The position numbers and the translations under genes are program-made. Below the pieces are notes generated by a model. The model was given only the letters and a program-made list of their open reading frames with translations. It made no database searches and had not been told where the DNA came from. A DNA stretch of 64,000 bases from NCBI RefSeq assembly GCF_006345805.1, contig NC_043001.1:72292001-72356000 (forward strand). Reading direction: 5' to 3'. Below are positions 25,007 to 38,121 of the stretch, in pieces (position 1 is the stretch's first letter; each line of letters starts with the position of its first letter). The DNA is from Octopus sinensis. Taxonomy: Eukaryota.

Positions 25007-25848
25007 TTAAAGAGTGTACTGGGTACTTTTTACATGGCACCAGCACCCACACCAATACTTTTAATGTGGCACCTTAGTTTTAGGATTTCAATTCTGTTGT
25101 GATGAGTAGGTCTTCTTGAGTATAGCAGAGTAAAATATAAAGAGCAAGTGCCTTGTTAGCTTAACCCCTTTTGTTACCATATTTCTATTGAAATACTCAG
25201 TTTTGTTCTAATTAATTTTGAAAAAATAATGAAGAACTTAATAAAATAACTGGTGTTTGGAACATAAATTAACATGAAACTTTGATGGAAGGTTTTGATT
25301 TACATCACTTTAAAACAATGAATTTCTATCATAGAATTAGGAGTGGTCTCAGACAGGTTGGTATTTAAAGGGTTACCTCTTTAAATCAGTGGTTTTCAAC
25401 CATTTTTTTGCCCATAAACCACTTTGATTTTTTATTTTACTCTCTTGGACTTCTATAGTCATTCAATATATGAATGTATGTATATATAATAATAATAATA
25501 ATAATAGAGAATATAATTCCAAAACTTACAGGGAAAAATTCAATTTAATAATTTTAAATCAAATTTCACAATATATAATATATGTATATAATTTAGAGAA
25601 AAACCTCTATTAAACAATTCAATAATGAAAGATGTTATTCACACCATATAGGAAACATATACTATAAAAACTTTATTCTAAAATTCAATAAAGTACAATA
25701 AATGGTAAATAGTAGTAAAAAGACTATGCACGTTTCATGGCTATATTTCCAAATAGATAATAATAATCAATTTGATTTAAAATTAAATCGATCTAAAATT
25801 AATTCTATTAAAAAATATAGTCATTCATCAGGTCTAAAATAATAAATA

Positions 25849-25885
<37 letters not shown>

Positions 25886-25890
<5 letters not shown>

Positions 25891-26620
25891 AATACAAAAT
25901 GGGACATGAACGCAAAACATCCGGACAGCTAGGTGATACAAAAATGGGACAACAAAACATCCAGATAGACGATACAAAGAAAACAAGGATGGGTCATTCA
26001 AAGTTTTCTTTCCTCAGTCAAGCACCAGATTATCCTCGCAATTTCGGCTGATTATACTTGAGATTGCTCAAATCTGGCCAGCCCCAAGGAAAAACTAAGC
26101 TAAGAGTATTAGATTCCTTGGAAGAAAGCAGCGAATGTATACAAAAACAAGGACGGAAGTTACACAATACAATAAAAATAAAAACAGGACATAACAATAG
26201 GTGTCTTTCAACTAAGGACAAATTAAATTAAGCTGGTGTGTGTGGAAATGAAGCCTTACGGCAGGAATAGAAGATTTCACAAATACAGGGAGGAATATCG
26301 ATGTTGCATGGACAACGGCCAGACCAAGAAAGAAAGAACAGGCTTGGTCGAATGCCGGTCATGTGGGATGAGAAAAGAGAGAAGAAGCAGAGGGACAGAA
26401 GAATTGAGGAGCAAGAAAAAATGACAGGGACACAGTAAAGTGAAAAGTGGAGGGAAAGTTAGCAAGAAGAGAAGATAAAGAAATGTGAGAGAGGGGGAAT
26501 GAAAGAATGAAGAGTGGAATGAACGAACAAGCGTGAAAGGGCTGATAGACAGAAATAGAGTCGTACAAGATTTAGAAAAATGTATATTTACATATAAGAG
26601 ACCAAAGTGTATGTACGCCG

Positions 26621-26665
<45 letters not shown>

Positions 26666-26811
26666 CAAAAAATACAAAATGGGACAAGAACGCAAAACAT
26701 CCGGACAGCTAGGTGATACAGAAATGGGACAACAAATCATCCAGATAGATGATACAAAGAAAACAAAGACGGGTCATTCGAAGTTTTCTTTCCTCAGTCA
26801 AGCACCAGATT
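25886..26811. repeat. Pair of about 146-bp direct repeats (25886-26032, 26667-26811), each preceded by (TA)n
   Basis: Direct alignment of aaaaaatacaaaatgggaca...cagtcaagcaccagattat. Confidence 0.8.
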
Positions 26812-29804
26812 ATTTCTTTTCATCTGAAAATATTTACTTTTTTACCGAAAAGACTTATAGTTTTTAAGTGTGTAGTGTCCACAAAATCGACCAAAATCGA
26901 TCTAGAAAGGGGAAGATGGGGAAGGGGGTCCTAAAAAAAAAAAAACATTTGCCAAAAAAATTTTCTATTGTTAAAACAATGCTCCAGATCATTTCCATGG
27001 GCATCGTGAAAAAAAATTTGAAAAACCTCTGTTCAAACAGAGAAATTCCAATTTATATGGGTGAACTACTCTGGACATCTGCCCATTTAAAAAAAAATAT
27101 TTATTGAGTAACTGTAATTGTATTTATATAAACAGTATAAGTTAAATCAAAAGTTTAATAAAATCGAAAATACTTTGTAAGGGGTTGATTTCATTTAAGC
27201 CTAAGGAAACCACAGCAACAACTAATATCAGAGAAGATGCATGGTAAACTTCCAAGTTTTTTTTAAAGAACAAAAGTTTAAAAAATGCATCTTCTATGCC
27301 GCAAAATGCGATAAATGTAAAAGAATGTATTAGATAAGCTAATGAGAATTTTGGCATTTAAGTTGACACGTTTCTAATTATTTATGAATATATAGGTACA
27401 GGAGTGGCTGTATGGTAAGAAGCTTGCTTCCCAACCACATGGTTCTGGGTTCAGTTCCAATGCGTGGCACCTTGGGTTTTCTACTATAGCCTTGGGCCGA
27501 CCAAAGCCTTGTGAGTGGATTTGGTAGATGGAAACTGAAAGAAGCTCATTGTGTGTGTATATGTGTATATGTATATATATATACACACACACACACATGA
27601 TATATACACTGCTCTACATCTTAGAGTGTGCTTCTTCGGATTTATGTTTTCTACAAACGATCCTTTTCACTTTCTGGCCAGAGTGTTTTACAGAGACCAT
27701 GTAGTTTATGCTAAATAGCTGACCAGTAGGCCGTACCTGTACATATTTATGGAAACCACGGGTCTCTCATAAATATGGAATGATTTGACCTCAGTTTCTC
27801 CACTATTTAAACACCATATTTTTAAGAGGTTATGGGCCAAGAGGTTTTCTGGGATCTGATAATATGCCATAAAGCTAAACCCTTTATGGATAGGAAGCCT
27901 AAGGTAATCCCATAAACCGATGTTCCCCATTTTTAATATATAGCATTGGTTTTTACAATTCTGTAAATAATAATGATAGTATTTTATAAGCTAAAGGCTT
28001 ATAAGCAATCACCTCGCAATGAAGAAAAATAGTCTAATAATGGGGCATGTAAGTCCTTGACAGAAAAAAAACGTAGGTTTTCCCGTATGCGTGAATGAGA
28101 AAAAGAAGAAAATGGAGAAACTGACATTCAAAGATATTCAAATCAATATAATATGAAATTCTTATCCCTTCAGCCATTTCCATATCCAATTAATTCAATG
28201 TTTACAATTTACAAAATCAAACTAGAAAACTGGACAAAACAGAGAACACAATTGAAAAAAATTAAAAAGAAAAAAGAAGGAAAAAGACCAAAACAATTCA
28301 CCACCTTGGGTTGAAGAGTTGGGGGCGCTGGAAAACCTCTCTAATGGCTATTGAGACATGCCAGCACGCTTGCAGAGCTGCCATGGGTGATGGCAAAGCT
28401 GATGCACTGGAACTGCCAAGTGCCCTCACGAGCCTCACCAGTTACCTCTGCAAGGTGAGTTGCCAGTGAAGACAGGAATCTTGCAGTTAGTGGTCCGACC
28501 CCACCAAACGTCTTGAACGCCACAGGATGGAAAATATTGTTGGGCGACAGATCACGGTATTTCAGGATTTTGTTCTGCTTGGCTGCAGAAGCCGTGGATC
28601 TTGTTCTAACCGCAGCATCCAGGATGTGAGAAGAAGCAAGAGTCGCTGTGACCTCTGCCTTGCGACCAGCAGCACAGGGTGAGGCCGTCCCATCACATCT
28701 GGACAATCCAGATGGTTCCAAGATGAAGAGATGTTTGCCTGGGTCAAGCTCCTCTTGAGTATAAGGTTTAACTCCATATGATGTGCAAAGCAACCAGCAT
28801 TCAGGCAGCAAGAAAGGCATGGAGGCCTGAGGATTCAAAGAGCCTTCCACAACAACAGATCAAACCCGTGCATACATCAGCTCCCACTCTGAGGGCAATG
28901 GAGACATGATGTTCATCCAAGTTGAGTAGGCCACCAACATTAGCCACAGGGATGGCATCAATCCAGTCATCTGAGTATTTGGTGCTAGCAGACAGTAAAG
29001 CGGCACCTTGAAAACTGTTTTGACTGGATGAAGAGGGAGTCGAAGGTGACCTTTGAAATTATGTTGTCCCAAGTTCTCTGACTCCAACAGTCCTCCACCT
29101 TCTCAGGAGCAGACAAGTCCAATTCCCTCCAGTGTTGGAAAGCTTCATCCAACTCCCTGTTGGAACTGGTCAATGTTGGAGAGGAGAGGATGTTGCTCAC
29201 CAGAGTAGAGCAGGCATCGGTGGAGGAAAGGAAGCAGGGGAGAGAGAGGGATGAACACTTATAAAGACCAAGACCTCCAAATCACTTGGGCAATGCAACC
29301 TGATCAGGGGATGTTGGAGAGACATTGACTAAGCATTTCAGTCTCTCAAAGATTAGGTTGTCGAAGCATTGGAGGCATGATGGGAATCGGTAAGATGAGC
29401 TGACTCTGAGTAAATATAGAAGCTTAGGGATTGAGAGGTAATTCCTAAGTAAGGAAAAACCTTGATGGGGTTTGATAGCTCAATATTTTTCAGTAATTGC
29501 TCAAGGGCAGCCACCTTCAACTGAAAGATGGACTCAAAGGCAAGGTGAGTGATTGGAGCACCTACAAAGCACCAAGCCGATGGAGGAGGAACTGCAATGG
29601 AAGGGAAGGACTCCGCAAAAAGGTCACTAGTTGGTTGATGTTGTGAAACCAGAGGTAACATTTGGAGCTGTTTACTTGGAGACCTCGGCGACCAAGCTAC
29701 CCAACCATCATGTTTGCAATGGTGAGAATCCTGTCTGAAGGTCCCCCCCCCCAAACAAGCATCATCGAGATACCAGACGTTGAGATCTAGCTCGATGCCC
29801 ATCA

Positions 29805-32800
29805 TGATCATGATCATGATCACCATCGTTTAACTGGGGTCTGGGAAGCCCGAAGGCTGTACCAGGCCAGTCAGATCTGGCGGTGTTTCTACAGCTGGAT
29901 GCCCTTCCTAACGCCAACCACTCCGTGAGTGTAGTGGGTGCTTTTTATGTGCCACCGACACAGGTGCCAGACGAGGCTGGCGAACGGCCACGCTCGGATG
30001 GTGTTTTTTACGTGCCACCGGCACGGCCACGATCGGATGGTGTTTGTTACGTGCCACCTGCATGGAGGCCAGTTGATGCGGTGCTGGCTACGGCCACGTT
30101 CGGATGGTTCTCTTACGTGCCACAAACTACAAATTCCATTGATGTGGATCGATTTTAATTTGATTTGATTCTTCGATTTTGATTTTCACTTGCCTCAACA
30201 GGTCTTCACAAGTAGAGTTATGTGTCCCAAGAAGGAAGGTATGCACAGGTGGACTGACGTCCCAGGTAGGGGCCATGGGTTATGGCCTCACTTGTCCTGC
30301 TGGGTCTTCTCGCGCACAGCATACTTCCAAAGGTCTTGGTCTCTGGTCATTTCCTCGGTGAGACCTAAAGGGCGAAGGTCGTGTTTCACCACCTCATTCC
30401 AGGTTTTCCTGGGTCTACCTCTTCAACAGGTTCCCTCAACTGCTAGGGTGTGGCACTTTTTCACACAACTATCTTCATCCATTCTTACCACGTGTCCATA
30501 CCAGCGTAGACGTCTCTCTTGCATACCACAACTGATGCTTCTTAGGTCCAACTTTTCTCTCAAGGCACTTACACTTTGTTGGGTATGAACACTTGACATT
30601 ACACATCCATCGGAGCATACTGGCTTCATTTCTTGCGAGCTTACGCATATCCTCAGCAGTCACGGCCCATGTTTCACTGCCATGTAGCATGGCTGTTCGT
30701 ACACATGCGTCATACAGTCTGCCTTTTACTCTGAGCGAGAGGCCTTTTGTCACCAGCAGAGGTAAGAGCTCTCTGAACTTTGCCCAGGCTATTCTTACTC
30801 TAGCAGCTACACTTTCAGCACACCCACCCCCACTACTGACTTGATCACCTAGGTAACGGAAATTATCAACTATTTCTAGTTTTTCTCCCTGGAACGTGGC
30901 GGAAGATGATCTCTGCGCATTTTCAGTGTTTATTGCACCAGAGCATCTGCCACATACAAAAACTATATTCCTAGTTAACCTTCCTTTGGCATTGCTGCAC
31001 CTCTTATGTGTCCATAGCTTACACTTGGTGCATCTTATAGAGTTCCTACCTACGCCTTTTCTACAGATCGAGCAGGGCCATCTACCTGAAGGCGTTTCAG
31101 ATTTGTCTACCTTCCTACTTATTAGGACTTTGGTTTTAGCTAGATTGACTCTGAGGCCCTTCGATTCTAATCCTTGCTTCCACACCTGAAACTTCTCCTC
31201 GAGTTCTGATAGTAATTCAGCAATTAGAGCAAGGTCATCAGCATAGAGGAGCTCCCAGGGGCATCCTGTCTTGAATTCCTCCGTTATTGCCTGGAGGACT
31301 ATGATAAATAGGAGGGGGGTGAGGACTGAGCCTTGGTGGACCCCAACCTCCACCCGGAATTCTTCACTGTACACGTTGCCAACCCTCACCTTACTAACAG
31401 CGTCCCTGTACATGGCACGCACAGCTCTCACTAACCATTCATCTATCCCTAGTTTCCTCATTGACCACCAGATAAGGGAACGGGGGACCCTGTCAAAGGC
31501 TTTCTCCAAGTCAACGAAAGCCAGGAACAGAGTTTTATCTTTGGCTAGGTATTTCTCCTGCAGCTGTCTCACCAGAAATATGGCATCGGTGGTGCTTTTC
31601 CCTGGCACGAAACCAAACTGCATCACATCCAGGTTGACTCTCTCTCTCTAATCAGTTGGGCTATGACTCTTTCCGTAACCTTCATTACCTGATCCAACAG
31701 CTTGATACCTCTGTAATTATTTGTATCTAGGGCGTCACCTTTACCTTTGTAGCAGTTGACTATTATGCTACTACACCACTCATTGGGTATGACTCCTTCG
31801 TGTATCACCTGGTTAACTATACGGGTGACTAGGCTATAGCCGACACTGCCAGATATTTTGAACATCTCAGCAGTAATTCCTGATGGGCCTGGGGCTTTCC
31901 CTGTCTTCATGCTTCTAATTGCCTTAACTACCATGGAACTGTCAACTCGGATAGCTGGTCCCTCTATTGGGTCGACATTCGGCAGACTCTCTTTATCCTA
32001 TTCATTCTCTTTGTTGAGCAACCTTTCATAGTGGCATCTCCAAACCTCTCTCTTTGCATCCTCATTTAGCACAAGTGAACCATCATCCATGCGAACACAT
32101 TTCTCTCCTACCACATCACGGTTCTCTCTCACACACTGTCTTGCAACACAAAACACCTCAAGTCTTTGGTCCTCACGGCACAGAACATTGGCAAATTTTT
32201 TCTTATCTGCTTCCCCTCTGGCTAAATATACCTGTCTCCTAGCTTCTCTTTTCGCAGTCTGATACAATTCCCTACTATCGCCATTCCTCCAGTCCTTCCA
32301 AGCCTGTCTCTTGTCTCTAATAGCCCTGTCTACAGCATTGTTCCACCACCACGTTACCCTGGGACGAGATGGGACTTTGCTCCATCCACAGATCTGGTCA
32401 GTGGCACTCAGCAGATTGTCCCGTAGAAACCTCCAGTTGGTTTCCACATTATGTGATGCCATATCCCCTTCTATTTAGTCGAAAGCTTCGAGTAGGACTT
32501 CTCTAAATCTCCATCCATTTACAGGATCTTTAAGTTTCCAGACCTTTCTCCTCCGAGCTGGTCTTCTTCTGGGCAGCCATTTGGCCCTGATCCAGAAGTC
32601 GCTAACTACTAATCTATGTTGAGGAGTACATTTTGGAAGGAGAAACCCAGCGTCCACCTACTCCCTCCACAACACTAGTCTCAAAAAGTCTTCATGTGAA
32701 CGTGACCTGGGTGTTATTGTCGACAGTGATTTCCGTTGGACAAAACACATCGCTAAAATTGTCTAGAAGGCTGAGGGTGTCTTGGCATCACTCACCAAAT

Positions 32801-34207
32801 CCTTTGTGAGCTGCTCTCCGGCTATCTATCTGCGGCTTTATATAGCTATGGTAAGACCTCACCTGGAATTTGCATCACCGGTCTGGAACCCCTATCTTGC
32901 CCAGGATATCAATCGTCTGGAAGCTGTTCAGCGACGTGCAACCAAAAGAATACCTTCCATCAGGCATTTGCCATATCCTGAACGCCTTACTTCCCTGGGC
33001 ATGGACACATTGAAACTCTGACGTCTGGCAGCTGACTTGGAAGACACCCATAAAATTATCAACCAAGTACAAACAATAACTCTGAGCACCTTTTCAAACT
33101 CCACCCATCTAACACCCGTGAACATATTTACAAAGTCAGAAAACAGCACAGCTCCCATGACTTCAGGAAACATTTTTTCACGCTGAGAGTTGCTGAAGCA
33201 TGGAACAAACTGCTGGCATCAGTAGTTAGTTGTCGGAGCACTGCATCCTTCAAAACTTCCATGCTTTCTGAGATTCGCCAACACTACTACACCTGATTTT
33301 CTCCCCTCCATACACACACAAGCATGTATCTGACTCATACATTGTTCGCTTCCCAGACATTTTTACATTACTGCATGTACTTTATATGCACTTTCTGACA
33401 AGTTGTGGTGCACCTGAGCACTGTATACAATAATTTCATTATTATATTATTATTATTCCTCGCCTGGAAAGGTTTTGGCATTTATAAGCAGCCCTCTTTC
33501 CCTCTTTCTGGTGAGGATGTAGTCGATCTGGCTAGTGTGTCTGCCAGAATGGTAGGTGACTAGGTGAGCGGTGGGTTTCCTGAAGTTGGTATTGCAGACC
33601 ATAAGGTCATTTGCATCGCAGAACTCCAGCAGCCTGGTTCCCTCCTCATTACGAGAGCCAAAACCGTAGCCTCCATGAACGCCATGGAAGCCCCCGACAT
33701 GCCGTCCAACATGTCCATTGAAATCACCTGCCACGAAGAGAAGGTCACTGTCATTTGTCAACGAGGCAGTCCGCAATAGGGTGTCATAGAATTGGTCTTT
33801 TTGTCCTTCCGGTAGCCCTGGTTGAGGGGCATATGCCGAGATGATGGTAGCTGACCTATGGTGAAGCACTAATCTAATTTTAATTACTCTGTCACTTACT
33901 CTGACTACCTCGATTACCTTATCTACCCATTTCTCCGCAAGAAGTTGGTATAGCAAATCATAAGGTCATTTACATCGCAGAACTCCAGCAGCCTGGTTCC
34001 CTCCTCATTGCGAGAACCAAAACCGTAGCCCCCGTGTATGCCATGGAAGCCCCCGACATGCCGTCCAACATGTCCATTGAAGTCACCTGCCACAAAGAGA
34101 AGGTCACTGTCATTTGTCAACAAGGTAGTCTGTAATAGGGTGTCATAGAATCGGTCTTTTTGTCCTTCTGGTAGCCCCGGCTGAGGGGCATATGCAGAGA
34201 TGATGAT
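29805..34207 (-). mobile_element. 5'-truncated RTE-clade LINE (EN part + RT + 3' UTR), frameshifted
   Basis: EN motifs ISAYAPQ, VAGDFNGHVG and SQIDYIL; RT ORF 30475-31626 with FVDLEKAFD, GVHQGSVL and LYADD; tandem-unit 3' UTR and (GATCAT)n tail. Confidence 0.93.
32630..33456 (+). mobile_element. CR1-type LINE 3' fragment nested in the RTE
   Basis: ERDLGVIVD, LYIAMVRPHLEFASPVWNPY, LEAVQRRATK and AEAWNKL; (ATT)n tail. The RTE sequence resumes exactly (gtacatt|cctcgcc). Confidence 0.88.
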
Positions 34208-36024
34208 GTCATCAATGCCCTGTGCAAACAGAGCAGGCCCGAGTAGGATACCCTGTTGGACTCCTGAGGCAGAGGTGATGATTTAGTCACTGAAAGAGAG
34301 ATAGGAAGGCTCTCGATAAGCCTGCCATGCAAGACGGTATAGTTGTGGGACCTTCTCTCTTACTGAGCTGAGGAGAGTTGAAGACATTCTTAAGGTCAAG
34401 TTTGAGGATGACCTTGGGTGACAAGGAGGGCAAGTTGGCATAGTCTCTGGTAGCATGGGCGACAGCTTCACATTCCAAATTGGTGCCCACTCCTAGCTGG
34501 GTGGGGAAAAATATTTCCTCCAATAAGTTAGAGACTGATTATAAGCACACTTTTGCAGTGAGACGGCAAAGGGTGAAGCCGACCACAATGGGACTTAGGT
34601 CTCCATTGGGTTTGGTGAGCCCAAATAATTTTGCACTGGAGAATAGTGGGCAGATATAATGGAAGACGTTTGCTGAAGAGAACTGGTTCACAAACTGAGT
34701 CATATTCCCCAAGAGCTCAAGTCCGGTGTCACCAGCTGATAAAGAGATACCATCCTTGAGATTTTGAGGCCAAAGGCCATTAATTCCCACACCTGAACCA
34801 GCAGGGAAGGATGAAATCACCTTTCTGATGTTATTAGAGGTGAAGACCATCTCAAGTATTCTAGGGGATCGGGCCAGTTTAGTTGATTATCAGGGAGTGC
34901 TTCTCTTTCAGACATCTAAGAGACTCAGAGTCACATGGAGCGAGATAGGATAGAGAAGAGAGGAGACGGACAGCCCCTTTTATGTCAGATTCACTGAATT
35001 TGTCATTGACTGTGCGCTTAAGGTTTATTGGTTGCCTGTCAGTAGGCACCATGCTTGATGTCAAGTGAGAAGTGGTTGGAGTAGACTCAAATAGCTGAAA
35101 CTTGAGAGAGGATGTAAGGGAGCCCAATTTCGCATCATGCACATGGAAAGAGATGTCAGGGAACAGAAACAGTTTCTGCCAGTTGGATGCATTGTTGGAT
35201 AAACATACATTTTCTAACAAGCTGTAGAGTGCGCGGGCAAAGCTATTCTGAGCTCCCTTAGGGATCTGGTTAATGAGCTTCGATTTAGATAAAACCTGGA
35301 GGGCTGCAGCAAAGACCTCAGTAGAGAACTGGTTGTTGGAGTGTGAGGTGTCTCCACGGAGTGTGTCGGAGCTGAAGTGGCACTGACTGCAGGTCCAGTA
35401 TGGAAGACTTTTGGTTTGAGCCTTGGTGATGCAGACAACTCCTGTGGTAATTTTGGTGGCACAGGTGGTTAATAGGATATTTCATCAGGGCAGAATTCCC
35501 AGAAAGGAGTTACATCCCAACGTGTTAGTTTGCCAAAAGAGACCAATAGAATAAGTACTAGGCTTATAAAGGATAAATCCTGGGGGCAATTTGTTCGACT
35601 AAAGGTGGTGCTCCAGCATGGCCACAGTCAAATGACTGAAACAAGTAGAAGAATAAAAGAATAAAAAAGAATATTACATCCTCAAAATTTTTAATGTCAT
35701 AACTTTTATTTTAAATAAAATTTGCTCTTTTAAATTGGTTTTCATATGTTTTAAATTGTTTGTTTTTAAATAAAAGTTAATCTGGTTTAAAATTCATATA
35801 ATTTAAATCATAGCATGTATATATTGGCATACCGCACATACCTTATATACATAGATATATGCACTGTAAAAACATTTTCATAAAGTGAAACAATATCAAA
35901 TGGTTTTTTTTCCTCACTGAACTCATACAATGAAACTTTTGCTATTTTATTCAAAGTATGTCAACAATAGAGCAGAAATATCAATGGGGATGATGGTTTA
36001 TTTTCCTTTCAGAAATATAATTGT

Positions 36025-36695
36025 TGGGCAAGTGTCTTCTACTATAGCCTTGAGCCAACCAAAGCCTTGTGAATAGATTTGGTAGATGAAAACCGAAAGA
36101 AGCCTGTCGTGTGTGTGAGGAGACCTATTGAGTCAAGTACATCAACATCAAAATAAAAATCAAATGGAAATTGTAGTTGTGATACCCATGCTGGTGGCAT
36201 GTAAAAAGCACCATCCTTATGCTGCTGATGCCAGCGCTGCCTTGGCAGGCTTCTGTGCCAGTTGCATGTAAAAAGCACCAACCGATTGTGGCCATTGCCA
36301 GCCTCCTCTGGCCCCTGTGCCGGTGGCACGTAAAAAGCACCTACTACACTCAGTGGTTGGCGTTGGGAAGGGCATCCAGCTGTAGAAACACTGTCAGATC
36401 AGACTGGAGCCTGGTGCAGTCTCCTAGCTTCCCAGACCTCGGTCGAACCGCCCAACCCATGTTAGCATGGAAAACGGACGTTAAACGATGATGATGATGT
36501 GTGTGTGTGTGTGTGTCCCACCAACGGTTGACAATCGATGTTGGTGTGTTCACGTCCCGGTAACTAAGCGGTTCGGCATAAGGTATTCGATAAAATAAGT
36601 ACTAAGCTTACAAAGAATAAGTCCTGGGGTCGATTTGTTCGACTAAAGGCGGTGCTCCAGCATAGCCGCAGTCAAATGACTAAAACAAGTAAAAA
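36025..36695 (+). mobile_element. Composite A-B SINE with an RTE 3'-tail inserted in its internal microsatellite
   Basis: A module 36025-36115, RTE tail about 36116-36497, (TG)n, B module about 36510-36695. Confidence 0.7.
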
Positions 36696-36725
36696 AATAA
36701 CATTCAGAATTTAACGAGGATGCCA

Positions 36726-36999
36726 CGGTACTATTTAAGAAGAGTGGTCCCGGAGCGCGCACTCGCGTATCCGCGCTAGCTAGTCGTGACTAGTCGATCC
36801 TACAACGACTACCTAGCAAAGTAAATAAAACACGAAATAAATAATTTTTTAAAAATAAAATAAATAAAATACAAAATAAATAATTTTTTAAACAAAGTAA
36901 ATAAAAGACAAAAACACAGAGTAAGGATCGACTAGTCACGACTAGCTAGCGCGGATTCGCGAGTACGCGCACCGGGACCGCTCTTCTTAAATAGTACTG
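36726..36999. mobile_element. MITE with about 76-bp CpG-rich TIRs and a 6-bp TSD (ATGCCA)
   Basis: C(G/A)GTACTATTTAAGAAG termini; ATGCCA at 36720-36725 and 37000-37005; A-rich interior. Confidence 0.85.
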
Positions 37000-37568
37000 A
37001 TGCCACTATGTCATCACCAGACCTGCTAGAAATAGTAGCCAAATCCAAACCCCGTACTATCTTAAATAAAGAACAACACATTTGATAAGGTTATCTGAGG
37101 CACCCCTAAAATGACAAGATGTTTAATGGCTGGAATAGCTTTGATCATGGGTCTGTCTACTGGGGCAGGCTTGACCCAGGGCTAAAAGAAACTACGGCAA
37201 TATGTTCCGTCTTCCTGTTCATTGTCTTATTAGTTCTAGCAGCTGTGATGTGGCCATGCTGGGGCAGTCATCAATTAGGATGTCTTCAAAACACAGACAT
37301 TATTATATACAACCAAAAAACTCAGATAATTCGTATAACTACAAGTTACGATATATTTCTTTATGAAATAATAACGCGTCTCCAGTCACCAAGTTGACAG
37401 CATTGTCTTGTATGTTTGACTCAATGCCCTGTCTAAGTACCAGCATTCTTGCTTATATTTCCTCAAAACGCAGGAACCAAAAACCAAAAATTAATAATAA
37501 TATAACTCTGTTTCTCGTGAATTCTAAAATAAAACGAAAGATAAATGTTAATTAAATATAAGAAATAC

Positions 37569-38121
37569 CTAATAAAAAATCAACCGGTCTGACGAATACC
37601 AAGTATTCATTTTCATAATTGTCTGTCTTGTCTTCTTCTGAGGAATTATTCTGAATCTTTTTGAAGTTAAGCATCGACTGAATTTCGTTGAGAGTAACAA
37701 GCCGATTCTCTTTGATGTAAAAATAAAAAGAAACTGCTTCGATAAACTCTTGCACTCCAAAAGTGTAGGCTTTGATATATTGATAAGGGTCTTCTGCTTC
37801 TAGTTCTTTGGCGAGAGGAAGAAATTTTGTGCGCAATAATTCCTTAAACTTCGTGTCTGTTTGTCCGAGTATATTTTCGTTATCCCCTGAAGCATTTCGA
37901 TGAAGTAGAAATATAATTCTTTTGCTTTCAATGGTGATGTCTCTACCCAGCTTAACAATCCGTTCGTATTTGTCGTGCCTAGCATCAATTTTTACTTGGT
38001 AAGTTCGAAAATTCTCGAGTAAATCTGAATCGATATCCGTAGTTGAGGCAGATTCTGGTGTGGAATTGCTATTTTTCTCATTCTGTTCCTTTAAAGTTAA
38101 AGCGGGTGGATTTGCTGCCAT
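37569..38121 (-). CDS. TSNAX: Translin-associated factor X, first coding exon
   Basis: ATG at 38121 with A at -3 and G at +4. Reads LDARHDKYERIVK-type motif (IDARHDKYERIVKLGRDITIESKRIIFLLHR), then GVQEFIEAVSF and PVDFLLG, ending at a GT donor in phase 1. Joined CDS is 861 nt = 286 aa. Confidence 0.93.

Larger units (their letters stand above)
28330..35510 (-). mobile_element. CRE-clade (RLE) non-LTR retrotransposon remnant split by an RTE insertion (pieces 28330-29800 and 34207-35510)
   Basis: 5' piece: IPKGAQ, PTQLGVG..CEAVAH, LKLDLKNVFNS, GVQQG..LGPALFAQGIDD. 3' piece: GIELDLNVWYLDDA, RCDG, KYRDL...FHPVAFKTFGGVG..A.FL..LA, AITHGSSASVL. The two RT parts join across the insertion. Confidence 0.8.

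Noticed and set aside
26000-26100. Possible hammerhead in the direct-repeat element (CTGAGGA...; GGCTG/CAGCC-GAAA)
   Set aside because: The core halves are not in the correct order and spacing, and no stem I forms.
15105-38121. Functional link between the dsRNA/ribozyme palindrome and the neighbouring RNase subunit TSNAX
   Set aside because: Adjacency only; such palindromes are dispersed repeats and nothing in the sequence ties them to TRAX.
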